Assembly: GCA_950097015.1 (NCBI GenBank)
Contig: CATNEN010000025.1
Location: 4,650,001 to 4,714,000, forward strand
DNA: 64,000 bases
Direction of reading: 5' to 3'
DNA from: Macrostomum hystrix
Taxonomy: Eukaryota > Animalia > Platyhelminthes
This document shows positions 52,342 through 64,000 of the stretch, in pieces. The notes below the pieces were generated by a model. That model ran no database searches. It saw only the letters and a program-made list of their open reading frames with translations, and was not told the DNA's origin. The position numbers were made by a program, and so were the translations under genes. The first letter of the stretch is position 1. Each line of letters opens with the position of its first letter.

Positions 52342-54192
52342 ATGGGCAGATCACTGACGCTGCCACTGCCGCTGCTGCTGCTAATGTTGGCTGTCTGCGT
52401 GGCGGCTGTGCAGTCGGTCTCCGTGAAAAGTAAGTTCAACCTGTAGACATTCACATTCAATCTGTTCACAATCTTCTAGCCTTTCGTTTGGGTGGTGGTT
52501 TTCTACAATTTTTATGCATAGTATATTAACTGTTGATGGAATTTCTGTGAGTTAAAATTTCGGTGAGTTTTTATTTCAGTGAGTTGGGATTTCAGTGAGT
52601 TGGGATTTCAGTGAGTTGGGATTTCAGTGAGTTGGGATTTCAGTGAGTTGGGATTTCAGTGAGTTGGGATTTCAGTGAGTTGGGATTTCAGTGAGTTGGG
52701 ATTTCAGTGAGTTGGGATTTCAGTGAGTTGGGATTTCAGTGAGTTGGGATTTCAGTGAGTTGGGATTTCAGTGAGTTGGGATTTCAGTGAGTTGGGATTT
52801 CAGTGAGTTGGGATTTCGGTGAGTGAGTTGGAGTTACTTTGAGTGGGGATTTCGTTGAGTTGGGATTTGGCGAGTTAGAATTTCGGCTAGTGGGGATTTC
52901 AGCGCTGGAACTTCCAAGATATAGTCTATATCTAAAATCGCCGTATAGATAACGTATGGACGACACAACTAAACTTCGTTGTCAAACAGAAAAATGCGCG
53001 AGCGCCTGCTACGGCAAGCGGCTCACGCTGGCCTGTAAGAAAGGCCACATTCTCGCCGTTCGCTCTGCCATCTACGGCCCGGCGCCGCGTAATCGCTGTC
53101 GTCGCGTAGGTCTCTCGAAGCGGCGACCTGTCCGGCACGGCTGTGCCACTCGCAAAGTGACGCGCATCCTGCGTGGGGTCTGCGACGGCAAGCGGAAGTG
53201 TCGCTTAGCGGTTAAAGCGTACAAAGGTGCTATGGGCAGATACTGCAGCGGAGTGAGCGCCTACCTCAAAGTGACGTACACTTGCAAGCGAGGTAAGTTT
53301 TTAGCATGCGATTTATTGCTAACATACTCTTGTAGGTATATCAGATCAGAGAGCAGAATTGACATTATGGCACAACTACTTCTAAATGTCCCCAGATCGA
53401 TGCTCTAAAGTGCGAAAACAAGCTGCTAAAATCTTGAAGAAGCTGAGCAAATGCAAGAAAGGGCGTCACGGCAAAACCGGGAAAGATGCGAAGAAGCTCT
53501 ATAAGAAGTTGGGCAAACTCTGGGCCACCAAAAGAATTTGCTTCGAATGGAAGAAAAGTTACTGGAAGCACAGCAAACTCAATCGACGTCACAAGAAGAG
53601 CCATCGACACAAAAAATGGAAGCACAGCAAACTCAATCGACGTCGCAAGAAGAACCATGGACACAAAAAATGGAAGCACAGCAAACTCAATCGACGTCAC
53701 AAGAAGAGCGATGGACACAAAAAATGGATGCACAGCAAACTCAATCGACGTCGCAAGAAGAACCATGGACACAAAAAATGGAAGCACAGCAAACTCAATC
53801 GACGTCACAAGAAGAGCGATGGACACAAAAAATGGAAGCACAGCAAACTCAATCGACGTCGCAAGAAGAGTCATGGACACAAAAAATGGAAGCACAGCAA
53901 ACTCAATCGACGTCACAAGAAGAGTCATGAACACAAAAAATGGAAGCACAGCAAACTAAATCGACGTCACAAGAAGAGCGATGGACACAAAAAATGGAAG
54001 CACAGCAAACTCAATCGACGTCACAAGAAGAGCGATGGACACAAAAAATGGAAGCACAGCAAACTCAGTCGACGTCACAAGAAGAGCCATGGACCCAAAA
54101 AACGTTACTGGAAGCACAAAAAACTCAATCGACATCGCAAGGACAGTCATGATGGACTAAAAAAACATAACTGGAAGCGCCACAAGCCGTGA
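52342..54192 (+). CDS. Secreted SUEL/rhamnose-binding-lectin-domain protein with a His/Lys-rich 18-aa repeat tail
   Basis: Exons 52342-52429 (signal peptide MGRSLTLPLPLLLLMLAVCVAAVQS), 52990-53292 (ACYG..LTLAC..ILAVRSAIYG..C..C..C.GKRKC..YCSGVSAYLKVTYTC, SUEL pattern), 53396-54192 (10 copies of WKHSKLNRRHKKSxGHKK plus one degenerate copy). Phases agree. Confidence 0.85.
52577..52825. repeat. 16-bp minisatellite in intron 1 of the lectin gene
   Basis: CAGTGAGTTGGGATTT, ~15 copies. Confidence 0.97.
53560..54140 (+). repeat. 54-bp coding tandem repeat
   Basis: TGGAAGCACAGCAAACTCAATCGACGTCACAAGAAGAGC...GGACACAAAAAA units inside the last lectin exon. Confidence 0.92.
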
Positions 54193-55097
54193 TTACCATT
54201 TTAGAAGTGTGGTTTACAATAAATCCTTATGTAGAATATAATGTGCTTCTCGATGTGGAATATTCGAAAGAAAATTAAACACAGTATAGTTTAGCTACTA
54301 ATGCTTTCGCAAACCAGTCCACTAACTATTTCAAGAGTCTTCTTTCGGTTAAAGCTTTTTTGCTAGATTATGTTCTTTTAGACAGATTACGTTTTTTGTT
54401 TTGCAGAGCGATTTTAGAACGATTCTGGCTTGAAAACACAAAATTTTCTGAATAAAACTGTGTCTTGGTTCAAGGATTTCCCTATTCGCATATGCTATGA
54501 TTTCAATTGTTTTTCTACTTGGAAATCACATGCAAACAATTCATGTTCACACCTAACTTAGCGAGAGAGTTATGAAAGGAAACATTTATATTTGGAAATA
54601 TAAGTACAAAGATAGACTAGATTAAAACTGATTGCAGCCGAAAGGCAAATTTAGGAATCAAGGGAGAAGCTCCGAATGACTTCTAATCAAAAGGAATTGC
54701 ATTTCACAAAAGATTATGCCCTCTGGTCACAAAGTCTGGCAGCTTAAACTGAGTAAAGCAATGCAAAACTGACAAGCCGCTTAGCAATTAAATCGAGTTT
54801 CAAACATTTAATCAGACAATCTGATTCAATCGAACATTTTCAATGATCAAACTTGCTCGAATTATCGCAGCTCGATGCAAAAGCAGCAGATAAGCCAAAG
54901 AAGATTAAAATGTAACTCTTTAAAGACCTAGGTTCTTTCATTACGTATATCGACGCCTAAAATGTGCAAAACAAAACAATGAAGATTTAAAAATTTGATG
55001 CCTCAACTTGTACTAACAGATTTATACTATTTATGCTATAGGAAAGTACCTCATTCCACCATGCCTGATATGAGATTCGTTGTCACTGGGACACCGC

Positions 55098-55826
55098 TTC
55101 ACATCCTGCTTCGATTCTAGTTTCACTTCCTGCTTCGATTCTAGTTTCACTTCCTGCTTCGATTCTAGTTTCATTTCCTGCTTCGATTCTAGTTTCACTT
55201 CAGCTGCTTCGATCCTAGTTTCACTTCCTGCTTCGATTCTAGTTTCACATCCTACTTCGATTCTAGTTTCACTTCCTGCTTCGATTCTAGTTTCACTTCC
55301 TGCTTCGATTCTAGTTTCACTTCCTGCTTCGATTCTAGTTTCACTTCCTGCTTCGATTCTAGTTTCACTTCCTGCTTCGATTCTAGTTTCACTTCCTGCT
55401 TCGATTCTAGTTTCATTTCCTGCTTCGATTTTTTTAATTTCCTGCTTCGATTCTAGTTTCACTTCCTGCTTCGATTCTAGTTTCATTTCCTGCTTCGATT
55501 CTAGTATCACTTCCTGCTTCGATTCTAGTTTCATTTCCTGCTTCGATTCTAGTTTCACTTCCTGCTTCGATTCTAGTTTCATTTCCTGCCTCGATTCTAG
55601 TTTCACTTCCTGCTTCGATTCTAGTTTCATTTCCTGCTTCGATTCTAGTTTCATTTCCTGCTTCGATTTTATTTTTATTTCCTGCTTCGATTCTAGTTTC
55701 ACTTCCTGCTTCGATTCTAGTTTCAATTCCTGCTTCGATTCTAGTTTCACTTCCTGCTTCGATTCTCGTTTCACTTCCTGCTTCGATTCTAGTTTCACTT
55801 CCTGCTTCGATTCTAGTTTCACTTCC
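55098..55826. repeat. 24-bp minisatellite
   Basis: TTCCTGCTTCGATTCTAGTTTCAC, ~30 units, with -2 and +2 irregular units near 55430 and 55200. Confidence 0.96.
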
Positions 55827-57077
55827 TTAGATGATTCATGCTTTAAATTTCAATTTCTTCCAATAATATATTTCGTTTGCCCCTTATGTTATCTATTTCT
55901 ACCAACTGAGAGTATCTGAATTGTTTTTCCTTTATCCGAATTATTTTATCTCAGAATCTGCATTTCTACCTGTCGGCTTGCCTCAATAAGAAGAAGCGGG
56001 GCGGCTTTCTGCATTCAAATGAAGCGGCAGACAATGCAGGGCTAGGGCAAAAAGTGCTTCAAAATTTTTACGACTATAAATTTAGTAACTGCTGCAGGAG
56101 AGAAACACAGTAAATGACGGAAAGCAGACGCATTGGCAGATGAATTCGGGAGCACCCGCCTTATATGTCATCTAGGCAGCGCAGAAGCTTTCTCATCGCT
56201 AGCCAACAATTGTGCTATTGAGGGATCTGCAGTTCCAGAACATTGCGCTGCATCTCCTTGAAGCCAGCTCAGGCAGGCAGGCACATTGGAGGCAAAAAGT
56301 CTGGGGTTGAAGTCAAGTAACCTCCAATTTAGCTGACTGCAGGCTGACGGACTAGAACGATAGGCACCGAATCTCAGGTTTTGCCATATATTATATATTT
56401 TAAACTAAAATTTCACAATGCACTGTTATTAGTATGTTCAAAAAGTATTATTTTATAAATAGTTCTGCCCTCCACCAGAAGGAAGTTAGTCGGCTTTGCT
56501 TTGGAGGTAGCGAAAGCAGAAAAACCGGAAGTATGCTTTCTTTAAAAAAAAGATGCGTGAACACAATTGTGAATAAGGTTGAATGCAGTTATATTAACAA
56601 ATAGTGTTACAACATCTTATCGGCAATCATGCATTTCGGCGAGGCCGTCCGTACCCCAAGAGACAATAAATATAAATTTGTCAAAGAAAAAAATTGCTGA
56701 GCGAATTTTACGAAAAAAATACAATTATCGCACTTATCAGAAATCTCATGAAATAATGAGTCAAGCATAGCGCGCTACTTGTCAGTAGCAGTATTCGGAC
56801 AATGGCAGAATAAAATACGCACATGGTTTGAATAAAACGGTTCGGAAGATGATTTAGCATAAAATAAGCCATGCAGGCTGAAAAGTAGGAAAGCTTGGCA
56901 AACGTGGCAGATTTCTCGAGTTATAAAATTGCCGCAACAAAGGCACCTGTTTGAGTTGTTTGCTACAGAAAATCATGGATTCAAGCTGAAAATGACGGTA
57001 TACGGACACGGTGTCAGAAATACAAGGGGTTGATTTGGCCCGTCTACTCTGAGACATAACAGAAAGCATATATGGAG

Positions 57078-58533
57078 CTACTCCTGCTTCTTGCTGCCGG
57101 AACTGCTTGCTTGGCTTGTGGCATTGCTTCCAGGAGCAAATCTGTGAACCACTGGCAGGCGGCTGGCCACTGCGCCGGTGGCCGCAGCTCCGGCACCAGC
57201 CGTCCATTTGATTGCACTCCAGCCGTAGGAGGCGGTGCCCGATGCGGCAGCGAAGAGGCCTCCAGCTAGCCGGCCAGTCAATCCGGTGCTGCCATCTTCG
57301 GTGGCAGCAGGCCCAGCAGATGCATTTGTTGCTGTTGATGACTCATTGACCGGTTGTGAACGCTCTGTGGAGAGGCATTTTTGTTAATTATGAAATAGGT
57401 AGTCTACACTACACTACAGCCAGCTGTTAAATCAGTGCAAGCATTAGTTGGGGTAACATTCAATAGCTGCTGCTGTGCCATTGGCTAAACAGCTGATCAA
57501 ACTTGGTAGGATTAATTTTTATTTAATATCATTCATACATAGGGCCTATATAAAACAGAAAAGCCAAAAGGTTCTTATTTTACTAAAAGGAAATTACTAG
57601 GCCTCGTACTCATTTTATTTCATTAAAAAGTATCATACTTTCATTGCTTATAGTTGGTTACTCTATGGTTTGGTCTACTCTAGGGAAATGATCTTCAGTT
57701 TTTTATTATCTGTCTGTGTAACTATAACTTTAGACTTTAATAAGAGTATTAGGGCCTGCTATTTTTTTGCATTTGAAACAGATATGAGCCAACCTATAGG
57801 TAACATCTTATATGAAAAACTGTGGACCAAAATAGAGAAAATATTATTTTTTATATCACCTCACCTGCCTCAGAAAACTCATCAGTACTATCAGAATGGG
57901 TGGTCTGCTTGGTTCCACTTCCGGAATCCTTTCTTATGTGTCTCTGATACATGACGATTTGCTGAAATTTATAATAAATTTGTCATTTAATTCAGTTAAG
58001 AATACAATATATTAAAAGTAACAAACGCAAACGCAAAAGTTGAATGAAGCTTAGCTCTAAAGACTTACCCTGTATAAAACAAAACCAGCTATAAAATGCT
58101 GATTGTTGCACTTTTTATATAGTTACACTTTGTACTAGAGTTCAGATTGCTTTCTAGAAACCAGACAATTTGAATGTAAAAATGCTAGCTTTTAAAACTT
58201 TTAAAAGAAATTAAAATCGTTTTAACTAAGAAAACGTTTTTCGTTTTGTTTGCTTTACATATAAATTAAATTTTCAGCGCATGAAAGAGCCTATTTTAGT
58301 TTTACCTAGGTCCACTTTATTTGAAAAGTGAGTTCTTAGAAATAAAGTTCCGAGGAAAATCTTCATGCCTTTGCTTTCTCACCCTTTATCAAATTTTGTA
58401 GTAGGTTAGTAACAGCATACAGTTTTATGGCTGCGGGTGCTTTCTGCTCTTTTATTCGACTAGGCTTAGGAACTGGAGCAGGCTTAATATGCTGTACAAA
58501 ATTCGCATCTGGTTCGAACCCAAAGATCGGTAA
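57078..58533 (-). CDS. Unidentified multi-exon protein; last exon has a weak TMEM263-like Gly/Ala motif
   Basis: In-phase exons ~58533-58383, 58088-58069 (20-nt micro-exon), 57961-57865, 57364-57078: ..NLLQNLIK|AGFVLYR|QIVMYQRHIRK..FSEA|ERSQ..GLTGRLAGGLFAAASGTASYGWSAIKWTAG..ASRLP..KKQE*. The 5' exons are unresolved. Confidence 0.55.
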
Positions 58534-59162
58534 GATGTTTTCTCATCGATCAATGTTATGAATGTTATTAAGGTTATGAAGTCCACTTTGTCTCTGGTAA
58601 CAATCCTAACCACTTCAGTAAGACATCTGAAGACATCTGAGATCTGTAATAAATGATCTGATCTGATCTGAGTATATATGGTCTTAAACATAAATATATA
58701 TATATAAATATTTGCTTTTTTATATGTTGTAGAAATCAAGCAGTGTAAACATTTATGTATTAGTTCCCATTGGTTTGTTTATATCCTTAATGACTTACAG
58801 ACATTATTATCAGTGATGAAATGAAATATTAATGTTAGCAACATTTTACCACACGGTAAAAACTGCTAACTTTACCACACACTAATGTCAAAATTACCCT
58901 ACATTGAAGTTAGTGGTGCAGTGGACTAAAAATAGCTTCTTAATTGGCAAAGCCAATAAACAGTGCGGTAAATTCCACATAGTTTACCACATAGTCCACT
59001 GCATAGTCAAAGCCTGAAATCAGGTATATTTAACAGTGTGGTAAATTCCACATAGTCCACTGCATAGTCCAAGCCTGAAAGAGGTTTTTTAAACAGTGCA
59101 GTAAATTCTGCATAGTCCACTGCATAATAAGATTTGTTAAACAGTGCAGTTTTTTAACATGT

Positions 59163-59951
59163 TATAAACGGAAGTGCTTATTCCCACGGTCCCGTGCCAA
59201 TATTTTCAATTTTATCCACACGGATCCGTGCCGATAATTTCTGCTTATCCACACGGCAGCTTGTATGAATATAGGTCTACAACTCATATATGCCGTGCCG
59301 TTAATTTCAATTTTATCCACACAGATCTGTGCCGATAATTCTCTGCCTGTCCACACGGCAGCTTGTTTTGCCGATAACTTTAAGAACTTAAAGCACATAT
59401 TTTACAGGAACTGTGTAGCAATTTTCATGTACTATATACAACTGGTCATACATGTTTTCCAGAACCTGCAGTTACCTGTAGTAGGGCGTCTTTTAATTAC
59501 GAGCAATGCACATGTTAAATTTCGAATAATCGTTAATTTCGAATAATCGTTAATTTCGAATAATATGCAACGTTGCTAACAATTGCATGAAGAATCACGC
59601 AGACATTTGTATTGCACACGCGCTTGAAATATGATATGATGCACATGCGCAAATGATAACTATTGACTTGTTACCGTACGAAAATAAGGTTTCAGAAACT
59701 CGACGAAAGCATGTTAACTAGTTCCGCGCTTTCCTCTGCGAATCTTTACAATTGTGTGTCCTTCGGACTTAGGCGTTAAATTCTTGAGAGTTAAAACAGT
59801 CTCCCAATGCTTTTGCTGGACAATTTTCTTAGTTGTAGACCTATTCATACAAGCTGCCGTGAGGATAAGCAGAAAATTATCGGCACGGATCCGTGTGGAT
59901 AAAATTGAAATTATCGGCACGGGACCGTGGGAATAAGCTCTGCCGTTATAA
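59163..59951. mobile_element. MITE/foldback-like element with ~120-bp terminal inverted repeats
   Basis: 59163-59284 is the near-perfect reverse complement of 59831-59951. The arms contain ATCCACACGG..GCCGATAATTT sub-repeats, there is a partial extra arm copy at ~59295-59378 and a 17-bp triplication at ~59517-59565. No coding capacity. Confidence 0.7.
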
Positions 59952-61055
59952 ACAGTACTGTAAAGTGTCACTAAAGTAAATATTAAATTTAAATTAAAAA
60001 TTATAACATAAAAATAAAACAAAGATTAATGTTTGCATGTGTGATAAATTGCAAATTCTTGCAAAAAATACATTATTTATAAAGATAAAATACAATTGTT
60101 ATTATTAGTAATTGCATTTAGAAGTGTAGCTCAAAATAGCAATGGCGACACTCCAAACAATAATAATTCTGATACCAGAACCAGATGTCCTCTTGCTAGA
60201 CTTTTGTCACTTATGATCTCACTGAATGTCTAAAGAAAGCAAGTTTGCCAAAAAACTTTTTGAAGACAAAAGTCAAATTTTAAGCTAATACTTGTAAAGG
60301 CTCAATGTGTAGAAAGAGTATTTTGTTTGTTAATACAAATTTATCTATATAATAAATAATGCTTCTACATTCTTTAAATTTATGCATTGTTTTTTCTTAG
60401 AGATAGTTTAGTAATACTTAAATTTTCTGTATATTTACTACTGTAAGTACTGTTTGCTAAAACTGTGCATATGCTATATTCAGTTACTGTTTTTATGCTA
60501 TTAGCTATCTAGACATACCTTATTAATTGTGTACTTACTCTGCTCTTATTAATTCTCCCAGCTTTAACACATTATTGAAATTTGCCTAGGATGAGAATGC
60601 AAATTAACTCTTAAGTGAAAACAAGTGACAACTTTAGCAGAACAAAACCTTGGGTTTTAGTATTGGAGCTGTAGCCACTGCCTGCAAAAGTGTGAAATGC
60701 ATAAAATTACAAGTGTGAATTTTAAGAAATGTTCCACACATTGTATATAGCCATTGGCTATCAAAGTTTTGCATTTTTTAAATATCTTTCCTTTCATATT
60801 GCAAGCACAGTTGCTATCAAAGTGGTTGTTACTAAGTGGTCATTACTTGTTACTAAAGTGACTATATTTTAACTATTCAATAAATACTTTTCACTGAAAA
60901 TGTCTGTGAATGACCTTCAATGAAATGTCCTTAAAACATTTGTTTGTGGTTCTATGTTTCTTTACAATTTTGTTGGTATTTTTTTCTGTAAAGTCAATGG
61001 ATTCGAGCACAGCAAATATTATATTATTTCTGATATAAAACAAACAAACGAATAC

Positions 61056-63034
61056 ATGAAAACTATTATTTTAGTCACCCCAGTTCGGCATGGTCACTGG
61101 TTCACCAAGTACTACAGCAGGAAGTGGACTATGCGTCCAATTTCTCAGGAAGTCTTGGAAAAATATCGTCAGTGTTCTGTCTAGTTATGTTACTGCTTTT
61201 ATTAGATATATGAAGTTAAGTATTCTAAATGTTTTTTCAATAAAAAATCATTTGCAGAGGAGAGATCAACAGCAAAACTGCCGAACGAAACTTCTGCACC
61301 ATTTCTGCTGCGCAAGTATTTAGACGAGTAAGTTGTTGGTAGGTTTACAAGTGTCTTAACGAATTTTTCTCATAATCTATAATTCCTATTTTTGCTTCTA
61401 ATCGCTTCTCTTTATTATAGTAGTATACCAGAGTCGGTGCGGAAGATCCACTCCTATGAGTTTACCGATATTGTAAGTTACCTCATTGCTAAATTCTTGA
61501 GCTTCTAAATGCCACAAAAATCCTGATCACAGCTCAAATTTTGTCACATGACTCAATTCATTGGTGTAGGAGGCGGCAATCAAGGACGTTATGAAGGAGA
61601 AGACAATCGAGATGGGCTTGGATCCTGCTCAAGATTCTACTGCGCATGAGAGTGAGATTTCCTTATAAGATGCGTTGCCTAGGTTACAGAGCATGACATC
61701 CACAGTTATTCACAGCTCACGGTCCAAGACATTCACGGGGACAGCTGGCTCACCAAATATCCCCAAGACATTCACGGTGACAGCTGGCTCACCTAATATC
61801 CCCAAGACATTCACGGTGACAGCTGGCTCACCAAATATCCCCAAGACATTCACGGTGACAGCTAGCTCACCAAATATCCCCAAGACATTCACGGTGACAG
61901 CTGGCTCACCAAATATCTTCAAGACATTCACGGTGACAGCTAGCTCACCTAATATCCCAAGACATTTACGGTGACAGCTAGCTCACCTAATATCCCCAAG
62001 ACATTCACGATGACAGCTAGCTCACCAAATATCCCCAAGACATTCACGGTGACAGCTGGCTCACCTAATATCCCCAAGACATTCACGGTGACAGCTAGCT
62101 CACCTAATATCCCCAAGACATTCACGGTGACAGCTAGCTCACCTAATATCCCCAAGACATTCACGGTGACAGCTAGCTCACCTAATATCCCCAAGATATT
62201 CACGGTGACAGCTAGCTCACCTAATATCCCCAAGGCATTCACGGTGACAGCTGGCTCACCAAATATCCCCAAGACATTCACGGTGACAGCTGGCTCACCA
62301 AATATCCCCAAGACATTCACGGTGACAGCTGGATCACCAAATATCCCCAAGACATTCACGGTGACAGCTGGCTCACCAAATATCCCCAAGACATTCACGG
62401 TGACAGCTAGCTCACCTAATATCCCCAAGACATTCACGGTGACAGCTTGCTCACCAAATATCCCCACCCAATCGCAGTTGTTCGCCTTACCGTGCGAGTT
62501 CGAGTCCTTCGCGAGCAGATGAACACGAAGAATTATTACGCCCTGGAGCGCAGCCTGTTGGACATGCTGGATAGGCGCAGGGAGCTGTTGAAAGCTCTGC
62601 GCTCGGAGGACTATAATCAATTCTTGCGCCTCACAACCGGCCTGGAGCTAAGCTTCTCACACGAGCCCCGGCCGGGACAGGCGGAGACGCCGAAGCCCGG
62701 CTTTCCCAGCCGGCTAGCCGAGACTCGCGACCGCTGCCAGAGCTTGAAGCAGCGCCGGCTAGGTGAACTGGCCCGCCGCACCGAGGCTGCCAAGGCCGAC
62801 TTCTTGAAGCGTCGCGAGGCCGCTCTGAAAGACGCAGCTGAGAAGCTGAACAGTTTAGGCCTGTCTCTGGATCAGGTGCTTGACGAGGTCTACGCCGACC
62901 GGCGGGCCAGAGCCGAGGCCGACTTGCTTGAGGACCAGCTGCACTGGTTCTATGGCGAACAGCGCGCCCACATCAAGTATGTGGCCAAATTGGCCGAGAA
63001 GGCTAAGGCGGCTCAGACTCGCGGAAAGAAGTGA
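61056..63034 (+). CDS. MRPS15: Mitochondrial ribosomal protein S15 (uS15m); start uncertain
   Basis: Exons (61056/61075)-61167, 61258-61327, 61421-61472, 61570-61651, 62478-63034 in phase. SIPESVRKIHSYEF..; IVRLTVRVRVLREQM..ERSLLDMLDRRRELLKALRSEDYNQFLRLTTGLEL matches the S15 core (D.RRKLL..L...DY..F). Confidence 0.85.
61712..62465. repeat. 39-bp minisatellite in the last MRPS15 intron
   Basis: CACGGTGACAGCTGGCTCACCAAATATCCCCAAGACATT, ~19 units, ending immediately before the 3' splice site at 62477. Confidence 0.97.
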
Positions 63035-63436
63035 TTAAACCTGATTGTACGATTCGTTTTTTTTTTCAAACGGCGCTACTTATAGTAAGTAGTAGTAGGC
63101 TTCTAGAAATATTTTACTTAAATTGTGTCCATCATTGCGTCATTGAGTTAGGTGCATTTGAGTTTGACTCGTTGAAAAAATATATAAACTTGGTTGCACA
63201 AATGTTTTAGTCAGTTTATTGACTTGTTCTGTTAGTGTCTCGTTTAATTCTACACTATGCTTATAGCAGAATGAGTCTTCTGTGTCAGTACTTTATCACT
63301 ACCAAGCCATTTTGCCGCCCGTTTTTATACCAAGGTGGCATTCGCCCCCTGACGATTAGTGCTGCACCCGAACGGAGCAACTTAGGATAATAACGCGGGT
63401 CAAATGTTTTTGCGCATCTTCTGAAACAAGAAACAA

Positions 63437-64000
63437 GTTGTTTGTTGTTGGCGTACGGATCCCTCGCTAGGTATACGGGGAGGGGCGCGCCAGCGCGCCC
63501 GTCGCCTCGACGAAGATCCGCACCCGATTCGGGTCCTCCCACAGGAGGGACATTGAGCCAGAAGAAGGGAGGAGGTTGCAGCGTTGATCGGCCCACCTGG
63601 GGCAGTCGAGCAGGAAGTGCCGCGTGTCCTCCTCGGGAGCATTGCAGTGGGGACAAGACGTAGCGGGTACCTTGCCCTAGCGGTGTAGGGTAGCTTGCAG
63701 GAAAGGCGCGCGGTTCGCCCTGAGTTGGAACAGCGCCACCTCCGCCGCACGAGGCCAGTCACGGCCGACCTGCAGCCGCTTGCCGCCGCTGAGTCGATGT
63801 GGATGGTTCAGAGGGACTAGGTCTTCGTATGCTCGGTCGTCTTCCGCTTGACCTTGCCGCCTGAGAGCAGCTCTGAGCGCCGCGACCGGTGTTCTCTTGC
63901 GGGAGCGTGCAGCCCACACGGGCCAAAATGTCGGCTTCCTCGTTGAGCACAAGCCCGGCGTGGCCTGGCACTCAGATTACAGTGGGCTGGTGGTCCGTGG
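63437..64000 (-). mobile_element. 3' end of a degenerate RNase H-containing non-LTR retrotransposon (continues beyond the window)
   Basis: I*VPGHAGLVLNEEADILAR (RNase H WVPGH..NE.AD.LA), then after a frameshift ALFQLRANRAPFLQATLHR*GK..CPHCNAPEEDTRHFLLDC (CCHC knuckle), stop at 63467, and a CAACAACAAACAAC tail at 63437-63450. Confidence 0.85.

Noticed and set aside
53538-54152. MEAQQTQSTSQEE alternative-frame protein and the antisense ORFs
   Set aside because: The frame is interrupted by a stop at ~53930 and is out of phase with the lectin exons. The K/H frame is intact.
61675-62620. TFTVTAGSPNIPK repeat ORFs as part of MRPS15
   Set aside because: The repeat is bounded by a donor at 61652 and an acceptor at 62477; splicing it out restores a contiguous S15 domain.
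63285-63762. ORFs of 123, 120 and 73 aa as genes
   Set aside because: They are off-frames of the degenerate retrotransposon 3' end. An exon after the acceptor near 63420 is possible but unsupported.

Overview
Eukaryotic (metazoan) genomic DNA: GT-AG spliced genes with GC-rich exons, AT-rich introns and many minisatellites. The organism is probably a free-living flatworm such as Macrostomum; this is an inference from style and from a spliced-leader-like motif. More than half of the window is tandem repeat, including one ~21.5-kb 26/23-bp satellite (23.9-45.4 kb). Genes I could reconstruct with phase-consistent exons: SEC63 (+, 7 exons), MRPS15 (+), a tandem pair of insulin-superfamily prepropeptides with 10 cysteines each (+), a secreted SUEL-lectin protein with a His/Lys-rich 18-aa repeat tail (+), and two unidentified minus-strand multi-exon genes. 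Mobile element remnants: the 3' end of an RNase H-bearing non-LTR retrotransposon, an LTR integrase fragment, a MITE-like element and a three-copy dispersed repeat. The best candidates for novelty are the 10-Cys insulin-like pair, the cationic lectin-repeat protein and a structured SL-RNA-like segment between the two insulin-like genes. Most long ORFs in the supplied track are artefacts of stop-free repeats. All homology calls come from motif recognition, not database searches.
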